The position numbers and the translations under genes were made by a program. Positions 9,023-18,333 of a stretch of DNA of 64,000 bases are shown piece by piece. The notes under the pieces are model-generated. The model did no database searches. It worked only from the letters and a program-made list of their open reading frames with translations, and was not told the DNA's origin. This DNA comes from an uncultured Pseudomonadota bacterium (GTDB lineage Bacteria > Myxococcota_A > Polyangia > Fen-1088), in the NCBI GenBank assembly GCA_963847705.1, contig CAWKBC010000040.1, forward strand, positions 108,003-172,002. Direction: 5' to 3'. Each line of letters opens with the position of its first letter. The stretch's first letter is position 1.

Positions 9023-10438
9023 TCAGAGCTGGAAGGCGACGCCGACGTTCAGGTCCGCGTTGGCGGTGAAGTGGGGCGCGCCCACCAGCCCGTCGAGCTC
9101 GACGACCAGCCCGACCCCGTCCGAGACGCGATACTGAAAGCCGACCCCGGGGCCGAACAGCCCCAATCCGGCGGCGACCGTATCCATGCAGGCCTCGGCT
9201 CCCGACGAGCCGCAGGTCGGAGGCGACGAAACCTTGGCGACGTGACGGATGTTGCCGACGCCCGCGGCGAGCGAGACGTACGGTTGAAACGCGCTCTCCG
9301 GCTCGACCAGCAACCATGTCGCCTTCAGCAGCCCCGCGAAGGCCCCGGTCGACGACGCGCAGACGTTGTCGCTGCCGCACTCGCCGGGAGCGGGATTGGG
9401 GACGTGATAGGGCGTGGCGCCGGTGACCAGCTGCAGCCGGGCCTGCACCCCGAGGCGCAACCGCGGCGTGACGAAGTAGCCAATCTCTGGCGCCAGCTGG
9501 CCGGCGCGGGTCCAGGCGACCCCCGACGAGGTCACGCTGTTTTGCGTCTCCTCGCCCGTTCCGCTCACGGTGCCGACCCCGGTCCCGCCGAGGAGCGCGA
9601 AGTAGAACCGCCGGGGCGCCCTCGCCGGCTGCGCTGGCTGGACGGTCACGGCCGCCGGCTTGGCCGTCTCCACCAGCGCCACCACCATCGGATCCGCGGC
9701 GGAGCCGCGCCGGACGATCACCGAACCATCGGCGCGCCGCGCCTCGATGAAATAGACCACCTGCTGCCCTGTCGTCGCCGACACCGGGATGGCCGCCTCG
9801 AAGGCGCCCGCCGGCCCCTTCCGCAGGGCCAGGTCCGTGAAGCCGGGGGCGGACGCCGCGCGGTAACGCAGGACGAGCGCGCTCGCGCCCAGATCCTTGT
9901 CGGGCAGGACCGAGATCGGGACCGGCCGGCCGACCTGTCCGAGGTGCACCGGCTCGTGCACGAGCGCCTTTTCCGGGGAGAGCTCGTCGTTGGCGCCGAG
10001 ACTGGCGATCGCTTCGTCGAACGCCGCCTGGATCTCCGGATTGGCGAGCCCGGCGCTGAGCCGCACCTCGGGCTGGATCTGGAGCGCCTTGTGGAAGTAC
10101 GTGATGGCCTGGTCGCGCTGCTTGAAGCCACCGAGGGTCACGATCCCCAGCGTGACGAACGTGCGCGCCCGGATCGGATGCAGCGTGAGGCCCGCCCGCT
10201 CCGAAACGTCGAGCGCCTCGTTGAGGAGCTTCACCGCCGTCTCGAACTCCAGATGTTGGTACGCATCGACGGCCTTGCGGTTGAGCAGAGTGATCTTGCC
10301 GACCGTCGCGCTGTCGCGATCTTCCGCCTGAACGGGCCTCGGAAACAGCATGACGGCGAGGGCGCCGGCGATCAGCCAACGCGCACCGCGCGAGACGCCT
10401 CTTACCGACGGCTTGCCGTCATGAGCGCAGGTTCGCAC
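9023..10438 (-). CDS. Secreted TPR + Ig-like + C-terminal beta-barrel-like outer-membrane protein
   Basis: Signal peptide ending PVQA; TPR-like helices (AVDAYQHLEFETAVKLLNEAL; AITYFHKALQIQPE); alternating beta strands ending NVGVAFQL. Confidence 0.7.
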   Translation of the reverse strand: MRTCAHDGKPSVRGVSRGARWLIAGALAVMLFPRPVQAEDRDSATVGKITLLNRKAVDAYQHLEFETAVKLLNEALDVSERAGLTLHPIRARTFVTLGIVTLGGFKQRDQAITYFHKALQIQPEVRLSAGLANPEIQAAFDEAIASLGANDELSPEKALVHEPVHLGQVGRPVPISVLPDKDLGASALVLRYRAASAPGFTDLALRKGPAGAFEAAIPVSATTGQQVVYFIEARRADGSVIVRRGSAADPMVVALVETAKPAAVTVQPAQPARAPRRFYFALLGGTGVGTVSGTGEETQNSVTSSGVAWTRAGQLAPEIGYFVTPRLRLGVQARLQLVTGATPYHVPNPAPGECGSDNVCASSTGAFAGLLKATWLLVEPESAFQPYVSLAAGVGNIRHVAKVSSPPTCGSSGAEACMDTVAAGLGLFGPGVGFQYRVSDGVGLVVELDGLVGAPHFTANADLNVGVAFQL

Positions 10439-10664
10439 GCTTCAACAATAACGCCGAACGGCATGCCAAGGACAGCCCCGAACGGGTGGTCTCCTCGGTT
10501 AAAGCGGCGTCCGTCCTACGCGCTCGCACATGAACCCACGCTTCCCGCAACGCAGGCTGACCGAATTGGCGTCGCCCGCAGGCCCTGTTCGGCCCTGCTG
10601 GCCAACCTGGATTGTTGGTGGTTTGGCGATTTGCCAACAGACCCCGCGGAGCGCGAATGGACAC

Positions 10665-11144
10665 CTATTTAATGGGGACGACGCCCGCGACCAGCTCGCG
10701 CACGATGGGCAGCGCTCTGTTGACGTGCCCCTTCATGTCGATCATCGACGTGAAGACGTGCCGGACGATCCCTCCGCGGTCGATCACGAAGGTGACCCTG
10801 TCGCGCAGGAATCCCAGCCGGCTGCGGATCCCATAGAGATCGTGAACGCTGCCCTGCGGGTCGGCGAGCAAGACGAAGGGGAGCTTGTGGTGTGCAGCGA
10901 AGCGTCCGTGCGAGACACTGTCGTCGCGGCTCACCCCGACCACCTCGGCGCCGGCCGCCGTGAAGTCGTCGTAGGCGTCGCGGAAGGCACAGGACTCCGC
11001 GGTGCAGCCGGGGGTCTCGTCCTTCGGGTAGAAGTAGAGCACCACCGCCTTCTTCGACAGGAGCTCCCCCAGGTGGACGGGCCTCCCCTCGGCGTCGGGC
11101 AAGGTGAAATCAGGGGCGCGGTCACCGATGTTCGGTCTTGGCAT
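10665..11144 (-). CDS. bcp: Peroxiredoxin, BCP/PrxQ family
   Basis: GDRAPDFTL, VLYFYPKDETPGCTAESC, RVTFVID; GAGAGG SD before ATG 11144. Confidence 0.93.
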   Translation of the reverse strand: MPRPNIGDRAPDFTLPDAEGRPVHLGELLSKKAVVLYFYPKDETPGCTAESCAFRDAYDDFTAAGAEVVGVSRDDSVSHGRFAAHHKLPFVLLADPQGSVHDLYGIRSRLGFLRDRVTFVIDRGGIVRHVFTSMIDMKGHVNRALPIVRELVAGVVPIK

Positions 11145-11252
11145 GCGGTGTCCTCTCGTCGTCAATTGTAGGTCTGCGGGCCGCCGGTGGCGTCGCCTGG
11201 ACGGCCTGAGGCTCGGTTCAAGATCCGCGTGAGATGTCACGAGTATAGGGCC

Positions 11253-14200
11253 ATGCGATTCAGGCTCCCTCTCGTCTTTTGTGCACTCCTGGCTTTGGGT
11301 GGTTGTGGCGGTTCGTCGGGCGGCTCAGCCGGCACGGGCGGCTCGACCGGTCCAGGTGGCTCGGCCGGGGTGGGCGCCAAGGGCGGCTCGGGGGGACAGA
11401 ACACCGGTGGCGCAGCGGGCGCCACCGCGGGAAATGACGCCGGTGCTGCGGACGGCGGAGGGGTGACCACCTTCGCCGTCGGGGGCACCGTGACGGGCCT
11501 GGCCGGCAGTGGTCTCACCTTGCAAGACGGCGCCGGGAACCAGCTCTCGGTCACCGCCAACGGCGCATTCACCTTCGCCACCAAGCTGGCCGCGGGAACG
11601 AGCGTGAGCGTGACGGTCGCGCATCAGCCGTCGGCGCCGACCCAGACCTGCCTGGTGTCGGGCGGAACGATCGCCGCCCTGAGCGCGGACCTGACCGGCG
11701 TCTCGGTCGCCTGCACGACGGCCAGCTACACCATCGGCGGGACGGTCGCCGGGCTCACCGGCTCCGGTCTGATCCTGCAGGACAACGCGGGGGACGACCT
11801 GGCCGTGAGCGCCAGCGGGTCGTTCGTCTTCGCGACGCCCGTCTCGAGTGGAAAGACCTACACCGTCTCCGTCAAGACGCAGCCGGCGGCCCCGGTGCAA
11901 ACCTGCCTGGTGTCGGGCGGCTCGGGCACCGTCGGTGCCGCCAACGTGACCAGCGTGTCGATCAACTGCGCCGTCAACAAGTACACCGTCGGGGGAACCG
12001 TGAGCGGATTGGCGGGCACCGGGTTGGTGTTGCAGAATGAAGCCGGCGACGATCTCTCGCTGACCGGGAACGGCTCCTTCGCGTTCCCGACGTCGGCGTT
12101 GAGCGGCGCCCCCTTCGCCGTCACGGTCAAGACGCAGCCTTCGTCGCCCAAGCAGGTCTGCTCGGTCAGCCAGGGGAACGGCACCGTCGCCTCCAGCAAC
12201 GTCACCTCCGTCATCGTCATCTGCTCGACCGACAGCTACGCGGTCGGCGGCACCGTGACCGGCCTCGTCGGATCGGGACTGGTTCTGCAAGACAACAACG
12301 GCGACAACCTCTCGGTGTCTGCGGCGGGCACGTTCACCTTCGCCACCCCGGTGGCCGACGGCTCCGTCTACAAGGTGACGGTCCTGACGCCGCCCACCTC
12401 CCCCAGCCAGACCTGCACGGTGACCAACGGCAGCGGCACCATCGCCGCGGCAGCGGTCTCCAACGTGAGCGTCGCCTGCACGACCAACTCGTTCGCGGTC
12501 GGTGGCACGGTGGTCGGTCTGATCGGGACCGGGCTGACGCTTCAAAACGAAGGGGGCGACGACCTGGTCATCAGCGCCAACGGGAACTTCCAGTTCGCGA
12601 CCCCAATCCTCAGCGGCGGCGCTTTCTCGGTCGCCATCACCACGCAGCCGAGCGCCCCGGCGCAGAGCTGCTCTGTCTCGGGCGGGACCGGGACCGTGGG
12701 CGCCGCCGCGGTCACCACGGTGACCGTCAACTGCGCCACCGATCAGTTCACGGTGGGCGGCAACGTCACCAACCTGGCCGGCAGCGGGCTCACGCTGTCG
12801 CTGAACGGGGGCGCCTCGACCCTGGTGGTGGGGAACAGCGGATCGTTCTCGTTCCCCAGCACGCTCCCCAGCGGAATGACCTACACCGTGTCGATCGCCA
12901 GCCAACCGACCAGCCCCTCGCAGACCTGCAACGTGACTGCCGGCTCCGGCACGATCGTCAGCTCGAACATCACGTCGGTCGCCGTCGACTGCACCACCGA
13001 CATGCACGCCATCGGCGGCACCGTCACCGGCATCATCGGGATGGGGCTCACCCTCGAGGACAACAACGGCGACGATCTGGCGCTCACGGCCGACGGCACC
13101 TTCGTCTTCCCGACCGACATCGCCAGCGGCCAGGGGTACAGCGTGACGGTGTCCGCGAATCCCACCAACCCCTGGCAGACCTGCGTCGTGTCCAATGGCT
13201 CGGGCGGCGTCACCAGCAGCGACATCACCAGCGTGACGGTCGCCTGCACCACCGACATCTTTCAGGTCGGTGGCAGCATCAGCGGCCTGGCGTCGGCGGT
13301 CACGCTCAACGACGGAACCGACTCCCTGGTCCTGAGCTCGAACGGCGCGTTCGCGTTCCCCACCAGCCTGTCGAGCGGCGGCAGCTATGCCGTCACCGTC
13401 ACCAGCCAGCCGACCAACCCGACCCAGACCTGCACGGTCACCAGTGGATCGGGCACGGTGGCCGGGGGCGCGATCGCCGACATCACCGTCTCCTGCACGA
13501 CCAACACCTATGCGGTCGGCGGCATGGCCTCCGGGATTCTCGGGAGCGGCCTCACGCTCCAGGACAACAACGGTGACGATCTCCTGGTGAGCGCCGACGG
13601 GGTGTTCACCTTCGCGACGCCGGTGCCGAGCGGTGGCAGCTACAAAGTCACGATCAAGACGCAGCCCTCTGCCCCCACCCAGACCTGCACCCTGGGCGGC
13701 GCGACCGGCTCCATCGGGGCCTCCGCGGTCTCCAGCGTGACCGTCAACTGCTCGACCAACTCGTACATCGTCGGCGGCACGGTCACCGGGCTGACCGGCA
13801 GCGGCCTGGTGATCCAGAACAACGGCGGTGGCGATCTCTCCATCTCGGGCTCGGGCACCTTCGCCTTCGCCGCGCCGGTCGCCAGCGGTCAACCCTATGC
13901 GGTGACCGTCAAGACCTCGCCGACCAATCCCTGGCAGACCTGCACCGTGACCGGCGGCAGTGGCACGGTCACCAACGCCGACATCTCGGCGCAGCTCAAC
14001 TGCACCGCCAACCCCTACCCCGTCTCCGTGGCGGTGACGGGCCTGGCGGGGAGCGGCCTGGTTCTGCAGGACAACGCTGGCGACAACCTGGCGATCACCG
14101 GCAACAGCACCTTCACCTTCGCCGCGCCGGTCCGCAGCGGATTGACCTACGCCGTGACGGTCCTGTCGCAGCCCACCAACCTTTGGCAGACCTGCACCGT

Positions 14201-14798
14201 CACCGCGCCGGCCGGCACGATCGCCGGCGGCGGGGTCACCCTGGCCGTCAACTGCGTCGACAATCCCTACACCGTCAGCGTCAACGTCTCCGGGTTGAAC
14301 GGCAGCGGGCTCGTGCTGCAAGACAACGGCGGCGACAACCTGGCGGTCGGGGCCAACGGCACCTACACCTTCGCCACCAGCGTGCAGAGCGGCAGCCCCT
14401 ACGCCGTCACGGTGGCGACCGCACCCTCCTCGCCGGCCCAGAGCTGCGCGATCACCAACGGCAGCGGAACCATCTCCAGTGGGCCGGTGAACAACGTCAA
14501 CATCGTCTGCACCAACATCGTCGTCTGCAGCACCGCCGCAGAAAACGGAACGGCCGCGCTCTCCTGCCCGGTCGGCCAGAAGATCTCGGCGGTCAACTTC
14601 GCCAGCTACGGCACCCCGAACGGGACCTGCGGCTCCTTCACCGTCGACCCGACTTGCAACGCCACGACCAGCACGCCGGACGTCAGCACCGCTTGCCTGG
14701 GCCTGAACAGCTGCAGCATCGGGGCGAACAACGGACAGTTCGGAGACCCCTGCGTCGGGACGGTCAAGAGGCTCTACATCTCGGTGACCTGCCAGTAG
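11253..14798 (+). CDS. Large surface lipoprotein/adhesin: 12 tandem ~85-aa beta-rich repeats plus C-terminal SUEL-type (Gal_Lectin-like) domain
   Basis: Lipobox LGGC; repeat consensus YxVGGTVxGLxGSGLxLQDNxGDDL...QPxxPxQTCxV...VxVxC, counted 12 times; tail LSCPVGQKISAVNFASYGTPNGTCGSF...FGDPCVGTVKRLYISVTC. Confidence 0.85.
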   Translation: MRFRLPLVFCALLALGGCGGSSGGSAGTGGSTGPGGSAGVGAKGGSGGQNTGGAAGATAGNDAGAADGGGVTTFAVGGTVTGLAGSGLTLQDGAGNQLSVTANGAFTFATKLAAGTSVSVTVAHQPSAPTQTCLVSGGTIAALSADLTGVSVACTTASYTIGGTVAGLTGSGLILQDNAGDDLAVSASGSFVFATPVSSGKTYTVSVKTQPAAPVQTCLVSGGSGTVGAANVTSVSINCAVNKYTVGGTVSGLAGTGLVLQNEAGDDLSLTGNGSFAFPTSALSGAPFAVTVKTQPSSPKQVCSVSQGNGTVASSNVTSVIVICSTDSYAVGGTVTGLVGSGLVLQDNNGDNLSVSAAGTFTFATPVADGSVYKVTVLTPPTSPSQTCTVTNGSGTIAAAAVSNVSVACTTNSFAVGGTVVGLIGTGLTLQNEGGDDLVISANGNFQFATPILSGGAFSVAITTQPSAPAQSCSVSGGTGTVGAAAVTTVTVNCATDQFTVGGNVTNLAGSGLTLSLNGGASTLVVGNSGSFSFPSTLPSGMTYTVSIASQPTSPSQTCNVTAGSGTIVSSNITSVAVDCTTDMHAIGGTVTGIIGMGLTLEDNNGDDLALTADGTFVFPTDIASGQGYSVTVSANPTNPWQTCVVSNGSGGVTSSDITSVTVACTTDIFQVGGSISGLASAVTLNDGTDSLVLSSNGAFAFPTSLSSGGSYAVTVTSQPTNPTQTCTVTSGSGTVAGGAIADITVSCTTNTYAVGGMASGILGSGLTLQDNNGDDLLVSADGVFTFATPVPSGGSYKVTIKTQPSAPTQTCTLGGATGSIGASAVSSVTVNCSTNSYIVGGTVTGLTGSGLVIQNNGGGDLSISGSGTFAFAAPVASGQPYAVTVKTSPTNPWQTCTVTGGSGTVTNADISAQLNCTANPYPVSVAVTGLAGSGLVLQDNAGDNLAITGNSTFTFAAPVRSGLTYAVTVLSQPTNLWQTCTVTAPAGTIAGGGVTLAVNCVDNPYTVSVNVSGLNGSGLVLQDNGGDNLAVGANGTYTFATSVQSGSPYAVTVATAPSSPAQSCAITNGSGTISSGPVNNVNIVCTNIVVCSTAAENGTAALSCPVGQKISAVNFASYGTPNGTCGSFTVDPTCNATTSTPDVSTACLGLNSCSIGANNGQFGDPCVGTVKRLYISVTCQ

Positions 14799-14811
14799 GC
14801 CGCCGGAGCAG

Positions 14812-14834
14812 ACGCCCGGAGCGGCTCCGGGCGT
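14812..14834 (+). terminator. GC-rich hairpin after the adhesin gene
   Basis: ACGCCCGGAG-cgg-CTCCGGGCGT, perfect 10-bp stem; no clear U-tract. Confidence 0.4.
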
Positions 14835-14847
14835 GTAGTCTTGGGGC

Positions 14848-15468
14848 ATGTTCGTGTTGGGAATCGCCGGCGGGACCGGGTCCGGCAAGACCACCGTCGC
14901 CGAGCGACTTGTGGCGGGGCTGGCCGGGAGCCCGCTGGTGGTCATCGATCACGACGCCTACTACCGCGATCGCTCGGCGATGCCTGCCGCCGAGCGGCTG
15001 CTCGTCAACTACGACCACCCGTCCGCGATCGAGACCGAGCTGCTGGTCGCGCAGCTCGCCGATCTGCGCGCCGGTCGGGCGGTCGACATCCCCCAGTACG
15101 ACTTCCGCCAGCACGTGCGCCGCCCCGAGACCCGCCGGGTCGAGCCGGCCCCCGTCGTCATCGTGGAAGGGATCCTGGTGCTGGCGGACGAGCGCCTTCG
15201 TGCCCAGATGGACCTGAAGATCTTCGTCGACACGGACGCTGACATCCGCCTGATGCGCCGGCTGGAGCGCGACATCGAGCAACGCGGCCGCACCTTCGCC
15301 CAGGTGCGCGAACAGTACGACGCGACCGTGCGCCCGATGCACCTGGCGTTCGTGGAGCCGTCCAAGCGGTTCGCGGATCTCATCATCCCTGAAGGGGGCG
15401 ACAATCGCCCGGCGCTCGACACGATCATCGGCCACCTCGCCCAGGTGACCGCCGCCGCCGCCAGGTAG
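14848..15468 (+). CDS. udk: Uridine kinase
   Basis: GIAGGTGSGKTT, DHDAYY, NYDHP, VEGIL, RRLERDIEQRGR, FVEPSKRFADLIIP. Confidence 0.95.
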   Translation: MFVLGIAGGTGSGKTTVAERLVAGLAGSPLVVIDHDAYYRDRSAMPAAERLLVNYDHPSAIETELLVAQLADLRAGRAVDIPQYDFRQHVRRPETRRVEPAPVVIVEGILVLADERLRAQMDLKIFVDTDADIRLMRRLERDIEQRGRTFAQVREQYDATVRPMHLAFVEPSKRFADLIIPEGGDNRPALDTIIGHLAQVTAAAAR

Positions 15469-15606
15469 CGCCGACTCGACCGCCCGGTCACGATCCGGCA
15501 TTGTGACAACAATCACGCCCCGAAAGATGGGGTAGTACCGCGGAATTACTCATGAAACTGCGATTGGGCCGGGCCCCACCCTTCCACTGAGCGGGATCGG
15601 CCCTTC

Positions 15607-15624
15607 CTTACAGTTTGGTGACAA
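15607..15624 (-). promoter_or_regulatory. Pho-box-like site upstream of phoU-pstSCAB
   Basis: Minus strand reads TTGTCAC-CAAA-CTGTAAG, two 7-mers at 11-nt period resembling CTGTCAT-N4-CTGTCAY; 60 nt upstream of phoU. Confidence 0.55.
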
Positions 15625-15684
15625 CGTGCAATTTTTTGGTTTCGGGCGCCGTGACGGCCCTCAAGGATTGTACGTTCCCGCTCC

Positions 15685-16365
15685 ATGATTGAGCCGACTG
15701 ACCGGGAATTCGCCCACGAGCTGAGGACGCTCAAGGATCGCCTCTCGGCGATGGCGGCGCGTGCGGCCGAGCAGATCGCTCTGGCCATGGAGGCTCTGAC
15801 CAGTCAGGACGACGCCCTCGCCCGACAGGTGATCGATGGCGACCAGCTCATCGACACCGACGAGAACGAGATCGACAAGCTCGCGATGCACATCCTGATG
15901 TCGCGCCACCCGCTGGCGTCCGACCTTCGCTTCGTGACCATGGCCCTCAAGTTCGTGGTCGACGTCGAGCGGATCGGCGACCTGGCGGCCGGCATCGCCA
16001 AGCGCGCGCTGGAGCTCAACCGCCTCTCCAGCCTGGACGGGCGCGTCGATCTCACCCGCCTGGCCACGCTGGTGCAACGAAACCTGCACCTCGCCATCGA
16101 GAGCTTCGTGCACGGGAACCTCGACGAGGCCAAGGTGGTCATCAACGCGGACGCCGAGATCGACCGGCTCAACTCCAGCCTGTTCGCGGAGCTCATCGCC
16201 AACGTCGCCGCCGACCCGGCCACCGTCACCCGGGTTCTGCCCCTCACCTCGGTCAGCCGCTACCTCGAGCGGATCGGGGACCACGTCAAGAACCTGGCCG
16301 AGGAGGTCATCTTCATGGTGTCTGCCACCGACGTGCGGCACCTGGGACGAAGTCCCTCCAACTGA
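15685..16365 (+). CDS. phoU: Phosphate signalling protein PhoU
   Basis: Two PhoU repeats (VERIGDLA; YLERIGDH), P-x-ASDLR. Confidence 0.95.
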   Translation: MIEPTDREFAHELRTLKDRLSAMAARAAEQIALAMEALTSQDDALARQVIDGDQLIDTDENEIDKLAMHILMSRHPLASDLRFVTMALKFVVDVERIGDLAAGIAKRALELNRLSSLDGRVDLTRLATLVQRNLHLAIESFVHGNLDEAKVVINADAEIDRLNSSLFAELIANVAADPATVTRVLPLTSVSRYLERIGDHVKNLAEEVIFMVSATDVRHLGRSPSN

Positions 16366-16429
16366 CACCGACGCGATCGCCATCAATTTCACGACGACAC
16401 CCTCAAACTGACTTCAGGAGACCGCAACG

Positions 16430-17455
16430 ATGATCAAGAAACTGGCTTCTCTCGGCACCCTGCTCGGGCTCAGCTGCGCGACGATCGGTGTCGCCTTCGG
16501 CGGCGGCGTCACCCTGAACGGAAGCGGCTCGACCCTCTCCAAGCCTTATCAGGAGGTGGCCATCGACCAGTTCAAGAAGACGCACAAGGGCGTCACCATC
16601 AACTACGGTGGAGGCGGCAGCGGCAAGGGGCGGCAGGATCTGGCCGACAGCGTGGTCAACTTCGCCGGATCCGACTCCCCCTTCAAGCCAGATGACGCGG
16701 CCAAGGCCAAGGGCGGAGCGATGCTCTACTTCCCCATTCTCCTGTCCCCGATCGCCGTCATCTACAACGTGGACGGCGTGGACAAGCTGCAGCTCTCCGC
16801 CCCGGTGATCGCCAAGATCTTCCAGCGTGAGATCACCAGGTGGAACGACAAGGCGATCGCCGCCGACAACCCGGGCGCGAAGCTGCCCGACGCCGCGATC
16901 GTGGTCGCGCACCGCGCCGACGGCTCGGGCACCACCCAGAACTTCACCGAGTTCCTGAACGGCGCGGCCAAGGGGGTCTGGAAGCTGAAGAGCGGCTCGA
17001 CCGTCGAGTGGCCGAGCGACACGCAGGCGGGACAGGGGAGCTCCGGCGTCGCCCAGATCGTCAAGTCGACCAAGGGCGCCATCGGCTACGTCGACCTCTC
17101 CGACGCCAAGGCCTCCGCGGTCAAGTACGCCAGCATCAAGAACAAGGCCGGCAAATACATCGAGGCCACCCCGGCCGGCGCCTCGGCCGCGGGCGAGGGG
17201 ATCGAGGTCAAGGACAACCTGCTGTTCAGCGCGCTCGACGCCAAGGGCGACAAGGCCTATCCGATCACCGCGCAGACCTGGGTCATCGTTTACGCCAAGC
17301 AGCCGGACCACGCCAAGGGAGAAGCCCTGAAGGCCTATCTCACCTTTCTCGTCAGCGATGGTCAGAGCCTGCTCACCGATATCGACTATGCACCGCTGCC
17401 CCAGGGATTGCGGGACAAGGCGCTCAAGCAGGTCGAGAAGGTCATCCTGCCGTGA
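16430..17455 (+). CDS. pstS: Phosphate ABC transporter substrate-binding protein
   Basis: LNGSGST, GGGSGKG, FAGSD, HRADGSGTT, GAIGYV, YPI; AGGAG SD. Confidence 0.95.
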   Translation: MIKKLASLGTLLGLSCATIGVAFGGGVTLNGSGSTLSKPYQEVAIDQFKKTHKGVTINYGGGGSGKGRQDLADSVVNFAGSDSPFKPDDAAKAKGGAMLYFPILLSPIAVIYNVDGVDKLQLSAPVIAKIFQREITRWNDKAIAADNPGAKLPDAAIVVAHRADGSGTTQNFTEFLNGAAKGVWKLKSGSTVEWPSDTQAGQGSSGVAQIVKSTKGAIGYVDLSDAKASAVKYASIKNKAGKYIEATPAGASAAGEGIEVKDNLLFSALDAKGDKAYPITAQTWVIVYAKQPDHAKGEALKAYLTFLVSDGQSLLTDIDYAPLPQGLRDKALKQVEKVILP

Positions 17456-18333
17456 GTGAGGAGAGGATCGACTTACGGGGACAGCGGGAGTACAGCGACC
17501 GCGCCTTCGCCAAGATCACGGCGGGCGCCGCGGGCCTCGTATTGTTGATCCTCGGACTCATCGCCATCACCATGACTCGCCGGGCACTGCCCGTGTTCGG
17601 CGCGATGGGGGCGAAGTTCTTCACCTCGACGCGCTGGTCTCCACCAGACGACCTGTTCGGGGCGCTCCCCTTCATCTGGGGGACGGCCTTCACCGCGGCC
17701 ATCGCGATCGTCATCGCGGTGCCGATCAGCCTAGGCGTGGCGCTGTTCATGACCCAGGTTGCGCGCCCCGGTCTGGCGCGGCCGCTCGTCTATCTCATGG
17801 ACCTTCTGGCCGGGGTTCCTTCGGTCGTGTTCGGCCTGTGGGGAGTTCTGGTGCTCTCGCAGCTCTTCGACCTGGGCCGTTCGTTCCTGACCGCCGGCAT
17901 CATCCTGGCGATCATGATCATCCCCATCATCACCTCGCTGGCGCGCGAGGTCATCGATACCACCCCCCCCGGCGACAAGGAGGGGGCGCTGGCGATGGGG
18001 ACGACCCGCTGGGAGATGATCACCGAGACCGTCCTCCCCCACAGCGCCGGGGGGCTGGTGGGCGCGGTGATGCTCGGTCTCGGACGCGCGATGGGCGAGA
18101 CCATCGCCGCCGCGCTGGTCATCGGCTCGGCGCTGGGTCAGATCACGCTGCGGGCGTTCGCCCCCGGCAATTCGATGCCCGCGGTCATCGCCAACGAGTG
18201 GGGGGAGGCCCAGGATCTCCACAAGTCGGCGCTGATCGCCCTGGCGGTGACGTTGTTCGTCATCACCATCCTGGTCAACCTGGTGGCGACCGGGATCGTT
18301 CAGCGCTCGATGAAGCGGGGGCAAGGAACGTGA
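17452..18333 (+). CDS. pstC: Phosphate ABC transporter permease
   Basis: GTG overlaps the pstS stop; LAGVPSVVFGLWG, EGALAMGTTRWE, GLGRAMGET. Confidence 0.93.
   Translation: MSEERIDLRGQREYSDRAFAKITAGAAGLVLLILGLIAITMTRRALPVFGAMGAKFFTSTRWSPPDDLFGALPFIWGTAFTAAIAIVIAVPISLGVALFMTQVARPGLARPLVYLMDLLAGVPSVVFGLWGVLVLSQLFDLGRSFLTAGIILAIMIIPIITSLAREVIDTTPPGDKEGALAMGTTRWEMITETVLPHSAGGLVGAVMLGLGRAMGETIAAALVIGSALGQITLRAFAPGNSMPAVIANEWGEAQDLHKSALIALAVTLFVITILVNLVATGIVQRSMKRGQGT

Noticed and set aside
10623-10637. Dyad TTGGC-N5-GCCAA upstream of the TPR/barrel gene
   Set aside because: A single short dyad with no second instance found; it could be chance or part of the bcp terminator.
11253-14520. Regular ~255-nt periodicity as a possible CRISPR or non-coding array
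   Set aside because: The units are degenerate, in-frame protein repeats with synonymous variation; there are no identical repeats with unique spacers and no cas genes.
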